64,000 bases of DNA from contig JACMQU010000110.1 in the NCBI GenBank assembly GCA_014376805.1, positions 259 through 64,258 of the forward strand. The letters are read 5' to 3'. Every line of letters starts with the position of its first letter. The first letter of the stretch is position 1. The notes below the pieces were generated by a model that saw only the letters and a list, made by a program, of their open reading frames with translations, was not told the origin of the DNA and ran no database searches. Both the position numbers and the translations under genes were made by a program. Shown here piece after piece: positions 27,470 through 36,475 of the stretch. This DNA is from Bacteroidia bacterium (GTDB taxonomy: Bacteria > Bacteroidota > Bacteroidia > UKL13-3).

Positions 27470-28255
27470 ATGAAAAAACTTTGTACCCTATTTTTATCCG
27501 GAATTATACTGGTTTTATTTCCTTTTCTTTCTATTGGTCAATCAGTAGCAACAGATTTTACAGCTAACGATTGCGGAGGAACATCACATCATTTATTCTC
27601 TGAATTAGATGCAGGTAAAGTGGTAGTTATTTCTTTTGTAATGCCTTGCGGTTCATGCATAGGGCCATCGCAGTCTGCGCTTGCTACTGTGCAGAATTTT
27701 GCCTCTTCCCATCCTGGTAAAGTTGTATTTTATCTGGCCGATGATGTAGCAAATACCTCTTGCAGTAGTTTATCTGCCTGGGCTACTAATAATGGGATGG
27801 GAAGTATTCCTGCTTTCTCTAGCGGATCCGTTACAGAAACGCCCTATGGTAGTGGTGGCATGCCTAAAATAGTAGTTCTTGGTGGTACAAATCATTCGGT
27901 ATATTTTACTCAGAATGGAGGTGTAAATTCGATTAATTTAACCAATGCCATAAATTCTGCATTAACTGCAACCGGAATTTCTGAAGTAAAAAAAGTGGAT
28001 CTGCAGGTTAAAATTTTTCCAAATCCAGCAATTGATAAACTTTCTGTAAATTATATTTTAACTCAAACTTCAGAAGTTAATTTTGAAATATATAACATGT
28101 TAGGTTCAAAAGTAAAAACCTTTGGTGAAGGAAAACATACGTTTGGAAAACAGGAATCTCAACTAGATTTTGGTGCTTTAACCAATGGTATTTATTTCTT
28201 GAAAATTGAAGCAGGAAGTGCATCCCAAATCATAAAATTTACTATTGCACAGTAA
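27470..28255 (+). CDS. Thioredoxin-fold CxxC protein with T9SS C-terminal sorting domain
   Basis: Signal peptide, DCGGTSHHLF..GKVVVISFVMPCGSC (redoxin-like CxxC), GGMPKIVVLGG, then a CTD (IFPNPAIDKLSV...NGIYFLKIEAG...IIKFTIAQ). Paralogue of 43710..44501. Confidence 0.6.
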   Translation: MKKLCTLFLSGIILVLFPFLSIGQSVATDFTANDCGGTSHHLFSELDAGKVVVISFVMPCGSCIGPSQSALATVQNFASSHPGKVVFYLADDVANTSCSSLSAWATNNGMGSIPAFSSGSVTETPYGSGGMPKIVVLGGTNHSVYFTQNGGVNSINLTNAINSALTATGISEVKKVDLQVKIFPNPAIDKLSVNYILTQTSEVNFEIYNMLGSKVKTFGEGKHTFGKQESQLDFGALTNGIYFLKIEAGSASQIIKFTIAQ

Positions 28256-29304
28256 TGCAAGGTTACGTTAAGTACCTGTTTTTATGTCTGTTTTTCTTTT
28301 TAATCTCTCCGCATTGGGTTTTATCGCAAGGCTGCTGTTCAGGTGGAAGTGGTAATCCTATTGCAGGTGGTGTTTCACAAGGTGTACTGCTAGATAAACA
28401 ACTTGAGTTGAGCGCAAATTATCAATATTTTATTTCGAAAAAGTTTTATGCTGGTGATAAAGATACAATCGCTTTACTCAACAATTTAAGCAACAATTAT
28501 TTATACTTTCGGGTGGCATATGGCCTTTCTCAAAAACTTACTATGTCTGTAGAAGGAGGCTATTTTATTAATAAATCAGAAACCGGACTGAATCCTGATA
28601 ATATTGACAATACGAAAAAATCTGGAGGTATAGCTGACCTTATTTTGTTTCCCCGATATACTGTTTACAACAAAACAAATGAAACTAAGCGTACAGAAAT
28701 AACTTTAGGAATGGGTTTAAAAATTCCTTTGGGTAAATACAATGACTCAACACTGGTATTTGTTCATCCGGTTACCGGCCTCAGATCTTATACTACTTCA
28801 CCACCTACCATTCAACCTACAAATGGATCAAACGATTTTATTTTTTACGGTTTTGTGTTCAGAGAATATAAGCGTTTAAAATTCCGGATTTTTGCGAATG
28901 GATTATATGTAAGAAAAGGCTGGAATCCTTTAGGTGAAAAGTTTGGGAATTATGCGAGTGTTGGGTTATTTGCCGGTAAAACTTTTTTTAAAAAATTAAG
29001 TATTACGCTTCAGTTAAAAGGTGAATGGGTAGACAGAATGCAGGCTGCTCCCGGATTAGATATTCTGGCTTTGTATAATATTGATTTGAATTCTACAGGA
29101 AGTAAAAAAATATCATTTGTTCCTCAACTAAGTTACACTTATAAATCATTCACCCTTTTCGCCCTTAGCGATGTTCCGATTTATCAGTATTTAAATGGGG
29201 TGCAAATTGGGTTCCAGCATCAACTCACCGCTGGATTATCTTATCGCTTTTTTCCTGTAAAAAGTATTTTTAAAGTCTCTCCTTTAGAAAAGTTTCCAAA
29301 TTAA
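28255..29304 (+). CDS. Outer-membrane beta-barrel protein with an N-terminal Cys-Cys/Gly-rich segment
   Basis: TAATG overlap with the upstream gene. Signal peptide, then QGCCSGGSGNPIAGG, an alternating beta-strand pattern and LTAGLSYRF near the end. Confidence 0.5.
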   Translation: MQGYVKYLFLCLFFFLISPHWVLSQGCCSGGSGNPIAGGVSQGVLLDKQLELSANYQYFISKKFYAGDKDTIALLNNLSNNYLYFRVAYGLSQKLTMSVEGGYFINKSETGLNPDNIDNTKKSGGIADLILFPRYTVYNKTNETKRTEITLGMGLKIPLGKYNDSTLVFVHPVTGLRSYTTSPPTIQPTNGSNDFIFYGFVFREYKRLKFRIFANGLYVRKGWNPLGEKFGNYASVGLFAGKTFFKKLSITLQLKGEWVDRMQAAPGLDILALYNIDLNSTGSKKISFVPQLSYTYKSFTLFALSDVPIYQYLNGVQIGFQHQLTAGLSYRFFPVKSIFKVSPLEKFPN

Positions 29305-29364
29305 TTTTCTCCTTATATTTTAAATAAGCTGCAAAATTTTTAATGCATTTTTAATTATTTATTT

Positions 29365-29383
29365 GTTTAGAATGATTCTAAAC
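29365..29383. promoter_or_regulatory. Fur-family-like 7-1-7 box (19-bp palindrome)
   Basis: GTTTAGAAT-G-ATTCTAAAC has perfect 9-bp arms. The core TTAGAATgATTCTAA differs by one base per half-site from the PerR-type TTATAATnATTATAA and has the same 7-1-7 layout as Fur and Zur boxes. It ends 35 nt upstream of ATG 29418. Confidence 0.45.
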
Positions 29384-29417
29384 AGTAGTTTCGCCTCCGA
29401 TAAAAGAATTTATAAAA

Positions 29418-31586
29418 ATGAAAAGGAAATTATTCTTAACCGTCATCAGCCAGTTTTTATTAATATACTGTTATGCACAAACAGACAGTTTAAAAACATT
29501 AAAAGAAGTTTCTATAACGGGATATAAAACCGTTAATGGAGTTGGACATTTTTCTGAAGTAAAAGATGGAATTATTTATGCAGGAAAGAAAAACGAAGTA
29601 ATTTTGGTGGATAGTTTAGATGCCAATAAGGCAATTAACAATACCCGTCAAATACTTGGACGCATTCCGGGTTTAAACATAGTTGAAACAGAGAGTGGGG
29701 GATTTACTTCAAACGGAATTGCAACAAGAGGTTTAAATCCGTCGCAGAGTATAGAGATGAATACACGCCAGAATGGTTATAATATAAGCGGAGATGTATT
29801 TAGTTATAACGAAGCATATTATTTGCCTGCAATGGAAGCTGTAAGCAGAATAGAGATGGTTAGAGGGGCTGCCTCTTTACAATTTGGACCACAGTTTGGT
29901 GGTTTGGTAAATTATGTAATAAAAGATGCCCCCGTTAATAAACCATTTGAATTTAATACCTCTCAAACTATAGGAAGTTTTGGTATGTTTAATTCATTTA
30001 ATTCTGTTGGTGGCAATTATAAAAAAATAAGTTACTATGGGTTTTTGCAATATCGTAACATGAACGGTTATAGGGCAAATAGCCAGCAATGGCAACTATC
30101 AGGTTTTGGAAAGCTGCGGTATAATCATTCTGAAAAACTAAATTTGGGCATCGAATATTCTCTGTTACGAAACAAATTACAAATGCCTGGTGGGTTAACG
30201 GACAGTTTATTTAATGCCAGTCCTAAAACATCTACAAGAACAAGAAACTGGATCATCAGCCCTTGGAATATTGTAAATTTATTTGTTAATTATCATCCTT
30301 CAGCAAATACAACGTTAACTTTTAAAACCACCTATTTATTTAGCAGGCGTTCATTGGTTTGGAGAAATGAAGATGGGGGAGCAGGGGCAGTGGATGAGTT
30401 GGATCCGTTAACGCAGGCATATTCGCCCAGAGAAGTGGGCAATGAATCTATGAAAAGTTCTGCAACTGAAGTTAGATTTTCTAAAAACTATAAACTTTTC
30501 CATAATACTTCCACTTTAGCCGGAGGTATTAGATACAGTTATGCCTGGTTTAAAAGACAGGGGGGCGGAGAAGGCAGCACTAACAGCGATTTTGACCTCT
30601 CTATTAAGGGAGAATGGGGATATAATCTCGATTTTACGACTACCAATATTGCGCCGTTTATAGAAAATATATTTAGAATAGGAAAAAGACTCAGTATTAC
30701 TCCAGGCCTTAGATTTGAATATATAAGAACCACTGCTAACGGATATAAAATTGTTGATGGAATTAAGCTAATGTCTGATGAAACCAGATCAAGAAGTCTT
30801 CCTCTTTTTGGCACAGGTGTAGAATTTAAACTCACCTCTTCCACTAATTTTTATGCCAATTTTACCCAGGCATACAGACCAATTGACTATAGCCAGTTGC
30901 AGCCATTTGGCATCACTTCCAGAATTGACCCTGATTTAAAAGATGCACACGGATATAACGCAGACCTTGGTTACAGGGGTACAGTAAATAATTATTTAAA
31001 CTTCGACATTGGAGGGTTTTTGATGGAATATAATAATAGAATTGGCATTATACTTAAAACAGATCCTGCAACAGGTAATGATTATTCACTCCGTACCAAT
31101 GTGGCAAACAGCACCCACCAGGGAATTGAAAGTTATATAGAATTTAATCTTTTAAAATATCTTCATTCAAATTCTACTTCCGGCTTAAGTCTTTTTAATT
31201 CATTTGCTTACATAGACGCACGTTATACAAGTGGAGAATTCAAAGGGAAAAGAGTGGAGGCGGCAGCTCAGACCATAAACCGCACAGGTATTATTTTTAG
31301 TAGTCGTTATTTCTCAAGTACCTTTCAGGTTAGCTCAATTGGCGATGCGTATGGAGATGCTTCAAATATAAAAATAAGTAATGATCCTGTTGCAGGTTAT
31401 ATACCGGCTTATACGATTTTTGACTTTAGTATGAGCTATAAATTTAAGAATTACGCCTTGAAAGCGGGATCTAATAATTTAACAGATAAGGCATATTTTA
31501 CCAGAAGAACAGATGAATATCCAGGCCCCGGAATTATCCCTTCTATTGGTAGAAGTTTTTATCTTGGTTTGAGCGCAAAATTTTAA
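29418..31586 (+). CDS. TonB-dependent receptor (siderophore/metal-uptake type)
   Basis: Signal peptide, plug (ILGRIPGLNIVE, RGLNPSQSIEMNTRQNGYNI, RIEMVRGAASLQFGPQFGGLVNYV) and a 22-strand-like barrel ending LGLSAKF. Confidence 0.85.
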   Translation: MKRKLFLTVISQFLLIYCYAQTDSLKTLKEVSITGYKTVNGVGHFSEVKDGIIYAGKKNEVILVDSLDANKAINNTRQILGRIPGLNIVETESGGFTSNGIATRGLNPSQSIEMNTRQNGYNISGDVFSYNEAYYLPAMEAVSRIEMVRGAASLQFGPQFGGLVNYVIKDAPVNKPFEFNTSQTIGSFGMFNSFNSVGGNYKKISYYGFLQYRNMNGYRANSQQWQLSGFGKLRYNHSEKLNLGIEYSLLRNKLQMPGGLTDSLFNASPKTSTRTRNWIISPWNIVNLFVNYHPSANTTLTFKTTYLFSRRSLVWRNEDGGAGAVDELDPLTQAYSPREVGNESMKSSATEVRFSKNYKLFHNTSTLAGGIRYSYAWFKRQGGGEGSTNSDFDLSIKGEWGYNLDFTTTNIAPFIENIFRIGKRLSITPGLRFEYIRTTANGYKIVDGIKLMSDETRSRSLPLFGTGVEFKLTSSTNFYANFTQAYRPIDYSQLQPFGITSRIDPDLKDAHGYNADLGYRGTVNNYLNFDIGGFLMEYNNRIGIILKTDPATGNDYSLRTNVANSTHQGIESYIEFNLLKYLHSNSTSGLSLFNSFAYIDARYTSGEFKGKRVEAAAQTINRTGIIFSSRYFSSTFQVSSIGDAYGDASNIKISNDPVAGYIPAYTIFDFSMSYKFKNYALKAGSNNLTDKAYFTRRTDEYPGPGIIPSIGRSFYLGLSAKF

Positions 31587-31681
31587 CAGAATTATCATAA
31601 CTCTTTTTGCTGTGCGCACTGTTTGAACACAATTGTTTTTTGAAAAAATTAAGAGATAGTATTTTTTCTATCAGGTTTTAA

Positions 31682-31689
31682 TATCTTTG
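31682..31689 (+). promoter_or_regulatory. -7 box (TATCTTTG) for the czc operon
   Basis: Exact TAnnTTTG match ending 6 nt before ATG 31696, which implies a very short leader. Confidence 0.4.
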
Positions 31690-31695
31690 CCGCCA

Positions 31696-32019
31696 ATGAA
31701 AACATTGGCTATCATTTTCTCTATATACATAACGCTGCTTGCTGCTATGCCTTGCTGTATATTTGATAATTGTCCCGATGACCAGTCAGTTAATTCACAG
31801 TCGGATAAACTTAACCATGAAAGTGGTGATGAAGATGGTTGTGGCACTTGTTCACCATTTTTTAATTGTAGTACCTGTAATGTTTCATTTATAAATACCC
31901 AGGTAAACATCTTTAATTTTGTTAGTTTTATTATAAGCGATAAAATTCAATGCAATTATGTTTTTATAAGCACAGGAACTTGTATTACTTCCATCTGGCA
32001 ACCGCCTAAATTAGTTTGA
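31696..32019 (+). CDS. DUF6660-like small Cys-rich membrane protein
   Basis: MKTLAIIFSIYITLLAAMPCC.FDNC, CSPFFNCSTC and C-terminal WQPPKLV match my recollection of the DUF6660 pattern, which is commonly found upstream of czcA in Bacteroidota. Confidence 0.5.
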   Translation: MKTLAIIFSIYITLLAAMPCCIFDNCPDDQSVNSQSDKLNHESGDEDGCGTCSPFFNCSTCNVSFINTQVNIFNFVSFIISDKIQCNYVFISTGTCITSIWQPPKLV

Positions 32020-32097
32020 TCAGCTTAATTTTATTTGTCGGGTTATAATTCACCTGGCCCGTTTTTACTTTTTTTTATTAATAAAAATCAAACAATT

Positions 32098-35000
32098 ATG
32101 CTTGATGCAATTATCCGTTTTTCCATCCGGAACAAACTGATTATAGGAATATTTACGCTTGCCTTAATAGCGTGGGGAAGCTATTCTGTGACACAACTTC
32201 CTATTGATGCAGTGCCCGACATTACCAATAACCAGGTTCAGATAATTACCATAGCACCTTCACAAGCAGCTCAGGATATAGAAAGGTTAGTAACATTTCC
32301 TATTGAGCAAGCTGTGGCAACCATTTATGGAATATATGAAGTGCGATCATTTTCACGTTTTGGATTAAGTACCGTTACCGTTGTATTTAAAGATCATATT
32401 GATCCATATTGGGCAAGACAACAAATTGCGGAAAGGTTAAATAATGCCAGAGACCTGATACCTGCCGGGATCGGAATTCCAATACTTGCACCCTTGAGTT
32501 CTGGTTTAGGCGAAATCTATCAATATACTATTCATGAAAAAAAAGGATCTGATAAAAAATATTCCGCATTAGATTTACGTACTATACAAGACTGGATTGT
32601 TCGCAGACAATTACTGGGTGTAGAAGGTATAGCGGATGTAAGCAGTTTTGGCGGTAAGCTTAAACAATATGAAATATCTTTAAACCCTGATAAACTGAAG
32701 GGAATGAATATTACCATTAATGAAATATTTACTGCCCTGAAAAAGAATAACCAGAATACCGGGGGAGCCTACATTGATAAAAAACCTAATGCTTATTACA
32801 TACGTTCTGAAGGATTAATTGAAACATTAGATGACATAGAAAATATAGTAGTTAAGAACATGCAAAACGGAATACCTGTGCTAATAAGAGATGTTGCACA
32901 TGTTCAATTAGGCAATGCCATAAGATACGGAGCCATGACCTATAATGCGGATGGTGAAGTGGTAGGTGGTATTGTTATGATGCTAAAAGGAGCAAATTCA
33001 TCAAAGGTAATTGGCAATGTAAAAGAGCGTATAAAACAAATTGAAAAAACATTACCGGAAGGTTTAGCCATTGAACCATTTATAGATCGTACCAAACTTG
33101 TAAATAGCGCAATTAATACCGTAACAAAAAATCTGGCAGAAGGGGCATTGATTGTAATATTTATACTGGTGATTTTTTTAGGGAATTTTCGTGCAGGGAT
33201 TATTGTGGCATCGGTAATTCCACTCGCTATGTTGTTTGCTGTTTCATTAATGAACGTATTTGGTGTATCTGGTAATTTAATGAGTTTGGGAGCACTCGAC
33301 TTTGGATTGATTATAGATGGTGCTGTGATTATAGTAGAAGCAACTATGCATCATTTAGGATTAAGGGGTATTAACAGAAAACTTACCCAACCTGAAATGG
33401 ATGATGAAGTTTTTGAATCAGCCAGCAAGATCCGAAACTCAGCAGCTTTTGGAGAGATTATTATATTAATAGTTTATCTGCCAATACTTGCCCTGGTAGG
33501 TATTGAAGGGAAAATGTTTAAACCCATGGCGCAAACAGTTTCATTTGCAATAATAGGAGCGTTTATACTTTCTCTTACTTATGTACCTATGATTAGTGCT
33601 TTGTTTTTAAATAAAAACATCAGCAGTAAAAAAACCTTTTCTGATAAAATGATGGAAAAAATTTATGCGTGGTATAAGCCGCTTATATCCTATTCGCTTA
33701 ATAAATCAAAGTTGATAATTGGAATGGCCGTTATCATTTTTGTTTTTTCGTTATTTCTTTTTAATCGTTTAGGTGCAGAGTTTATACCATCGCTTGATGA
33801 AGGAGATTTTGCAGTTGAAACACGCGTACTAACGGGCAGTAGTTTAAGTGAAACAATAGAAGCGGCATCAAAAGCGGCAAAAATTTTATTAAAGGAATTT
33901 CCGGATGAAGTTAAAGAAGTGGTAGGAAAAATCGGATCATCTGAAATTCCCAGTGATCCAATGCCTATAGAAGCATGTGATTTGATGGTAATGTTAAAGC
34001 CTAAAGAGGAATGGAAGAAAGCAAATAGTGGTAATGAACTGGCAAATAAAATGGGAGAAGCTTTAGTGGACATTCCAGGGGTAACATTTAGCTTTCAGCA
34101 ACCAATTCAAATGCGTTTTAATGAGTTGATGAGTGGTGCAAGACAAGATGTGGTGATAAAAGTATATGGCGAAGATCTGGATATGCTTACTTCTTATGGT
34201 GAAAAAATAGGTAAAATTTTACCTGCTATTGAAGGGGCGGTTGACATATACGTTGAGAAAGTGACAGGACTGCCACAGATCATTATTAAATATAAAAGGG
34301 ATCAGATTGCAAAATTTGGAATGAACATAGAAGATATTAATCAAACTATTAATGCAGCATTTGCCGGCCAAAGTGCGGGCTTAGTGTACGAAAAAGAAAA
34401 AAGGTTTGATCTGGTAGTGCGTTTGGATTTAAACAGCAGACAAGGAATTGAAGATGTAAGGCAACTTTATGTTAACACCCCTGCAGGACTTCAAATACCT
34501 TTGCAGCAGGTTGCAGATGTATCTTTTGTGATAGGTCCTAATCAGATTCAAAGAGATGATGCGAAACGCAGAATAATTATTGGATTTAACATAAGAGGGC
34601 GCGATGTGGAAAGTATTGTAAATGAATTAAAAGATAAGATTGATACTAAAATAAAATTTGCTCCGGGTTATTATGTTACTTATGGCGGCACTTTTAAAAA
34701 TCTTGAAGAAGCCCGTTCACGTCTAATAATTGCAGTTCCTGTATCTTTATTATTAATTCTGATATTGTTGTATTTCACATTTGGTTCTATCATACAAAGT
34801 TTGTTAATTTTTACTGCCATACCGCTTTCTGCTATTGGGGGAATATTGGGCTTATGGGTGCGTGATATGCCTTTTAGCATTTCGGCCGGTGTGGGGTTTA
34901 TTGCACTGTTTGGTGTTGCCGTATTAAATGGCATAGTGCTGATTGGTGAGTTTAACAGGTTGAAAAAAAATGGTATTACAGACCTCCAAGAAATTATTTT

Positions 35001-36471
35001 AAAAGGAACACAAATAAGGCTGCGGCCGGTAATTATGACAGCCTGTGTTGCCTCATTAGGATTTCTTCCTATGGCGTTGTCGCACGGTGCCGGAGCTGAA
35101 GTACAAAAGCCTCTGGCAACAGTTGTTATAGGCGGGTTAATAACTGCCACTTTATTAACACTTATTGTATTGCCTTGTTTATATTTATTAATTGGCAAAC
35201 GTAAAAATCTAACATCAAAAATACCTTTAACAGTAATATTATTTTTGGTTTGTTTAGTGTTTAAAACCAAAAATGTTGCAGCTCAAAACATTCCTGTAAG
35301 TTTAGAAAGTGCCATCTCTATTGCTATAGAAAACAACAAAGGTTTGAAAGCAGTTTATAAGGAAAAAATGATATTTGAGTATCAAAAAAAAATGGCCACC
35401 GAATTGCCTAAAACGGATGTAAGCTTATTGTATGGTCAATACAATGGTTTTTATAAACAGGACAATAATTTTGCCGTAACCCAGATTATCCCGTTTCCTA
35501 CAGTATTCATTGCAAAATCGGCACTAGGAAATGAACGCATTAAAAGCGCAGAATATAAAATTGCATTTACACAAAATGAACTAATATACAGGGTAAAAAA
35601 TGTATATTATAATTTAATTTATCTTCAACTATTAGAAGGCATGTTGCTACAGCAGGATAGTGTTTACAAAGATTTTTCAAGGGCTGCAAGTTTAAAATAC
35701 AAAGTTGGTGAATCTACCTTATTAGAAAAAATGGCTGCTGAAAGTCGTATGCAGGAAATTGCAAACAGAATATTGAATAATGCTGCTGAGATCAAACAAA
35801 AACAAACGGAGTTTCAGTTCCTGCTTAACACAGATCGTAACTATATTATTGGTGAGTTTGTTAAAAATGAATTGTTGTTAAGCAGTAAAACCGATTCAAA
35901 TCAAATTCAGTTAAATCCTTATTTAAATTTTCTTAAACAGCAGGTGGCCATTGCTGAAAAGGAAAAATCGGTTGCTGTGAATTCATCTTTACCGGATTTT
36001 AAAATTGGATATTTTAATCAGAGTCTTTATGGTGTTCCGCTTAGTGATGTAAACATGCAATTTGCAGGAGCATCAAATAGATTTCAGGGCTTACATGTGG
36101 GTGTAATTTTTCCACTTTGGTTCGCACCGGATGTGGCAAAAGCCAAATCGTTTAAAGCCCAGGCTCTTACTGCTGAGCTCAATTTTCAATATCAGGAAAT
36201 GAATATTCAAAATCAATTTAAACAAATTGTTCTGAATTATATTAAGTCTAGAAATAGCCTGAATTATTACAATAACACAGCCTTACCAAATGTGAACCTG
36301 ATAAGCAGGCAATCTCAAATTGCCTATGCAAAAGGAGAATTAAGTTATACAGAATATTTATTGAGCCAGCAACAGGTAATAAGCATTCGTGAAAACTATC
36401 TGCAAACCTTAAATGAATATAACCAGGCTATCATTAACATCGAATTTTATACAGGTAATTATAACAAATAA
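32098..36471 (+). CDS. czcA: CzcA-type divalent-cation RND pump fused in frame to a TolC-like outer-membrane factor
   Basis: The first ~1040 aa are collinear with CzcA (EFIPSLDEGDFAVE, FSFQQPIQMRFNELMSGARQDV, 12 TM). Next comes KRKNLTSK + IPLTVILFLVCLVF + KTKNVAAQ, then about 400 aa of OMF-type helical repeats. No stop codon anywhere in the single 1478-codon ORF. Confidence 0.85.
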   Translation: MLDAIIRFSIRNKLIIGIFTLALIAWGSYSVTQLPIDAVPDITNNQVQIITIAPSQAAQDIERLVTFPIEQAVATIYGIYEVRSFSRFGLSTVTVVFKDHIDPYWARQQIAERLNNARDLIPAGIGIPILAPLSSGLGEIYQYTIHEKKGSDKKYSALDLRTIQDWIVRRQLLGVEGIADVSSFGGKLKQYEISLNPDKLKGMNITINEIFTALKKNNQNTGGAYIDKKPNAYYIRSEGLIETLDDIENIVVKNMQNGIPVLIRDVAHVQLGNAIRYGAMTYNADGEVVGGIVMMLKGANSSKVIGNVKERIKQIEKTLPEGLAIEPFIDRTKLVNSAINTVTKNLAEGALIVIFILVIFLGNFRAGIIVASVIPLAMLFAVSLMNVFGVSGNLMSLGALDFGLIIDGAVIIVEATMHHLGLRGINRKLTQPEMDDEVFESASKIRNSAAFGEIIILIVYLPILALVGIEGKMFKPMAQTVSFAIIGAFILSLTYVPMISALFLNKNISSKKTFSDKMMEKIYAWYKPLISYSLNKSKLIIGMAVIIFVFSLFLFNRLGAEFIPSLDEGDFAVETRVLTGSSLSETIEAASKAAKILLKEFPDEVKEVVGKIGSSEIPSDPMPIEACDLMVMLKPKEEWKKANSGNELANKMGEALVDIPGVTFSFQQPIQMRFNELMSGARQDVVIKVYGEDLDMLTSYGEKIGKILPAIEGAVDIYVEKVTGLPQIIIKYKRDQIAKFGMNIEDINQTINAAFAGQSAGLVYEKEKRFDLVVRLDLNSRQGIEDVRQLYVNTPAGLQIPLQQVADVSFVIGPNQIQRDDAKRRIIIGFNIRGRDVESIVNELKDKIDTKIKFAPGYYVTYGGTFKNLEEARSRLIIAVPVSLLLILILLYFTFGSIIQSLLIFTAIPLSAIGGILGLWVRDMPFSISAGVGFIALFGVAVLNGIVLIGEFNRLKKNGITDLQEIILKGTQIRLRPVIMTACVASLGFLPMALSHGAGAEVQKPLATVVIGGLITATLLTLIVLPCLYLLIGKRKNLTSKIPLTVILFLVCLVFKTKNVAAQNIPVSLESAISIAIENNKGLKAVYKEKMIFEYQKKMATELPKTDVSLLYGQYNGFYKQDNNFAVTQIIPFPTVFIAKSALGNERIKSAEYKIAFTQNELIYRVKNVYYNLIYLQLLEGMLLQQDSVYKDFSRAASLKYKVGESTLLEKMAAESRMQEIANRILNNAAEIKQKQTEFQFLLNTDRNYIIGEFVKNELLLSSKTDSNQIQLNPYLNFLKQQVAIAEKEKSVAVNSSLPDFKIGYFNQSLYGVPLSDVNMQFAGASNRFQGLHVGVIFPLWFAPDVAKAKSFKAQALTAELNFQYQEMNIQNQFKQIVLNYIKSRNSLNYYNNTALPNVNLISRQSQIAYAKGELSYTEYLLSQQQVISIRENYLQTLNEYNQAIINIEFYTGNYNK

Positions 36472-36475
36472 GATA

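Noticed and set aside
34680-35270. 196-aa minus-strand ORF inside czcA. Similar long antisense ORFs occur at 14803-15204 (in mutS), 33690-34073, 40321-40737, 46241-46603 and 49185-49481.
   Set aside because: Each lies fully inside a plus-strand gene with strong family motifs. Their sequences are low-complexity mirror translations with no recognisable domain, start context or promoter.
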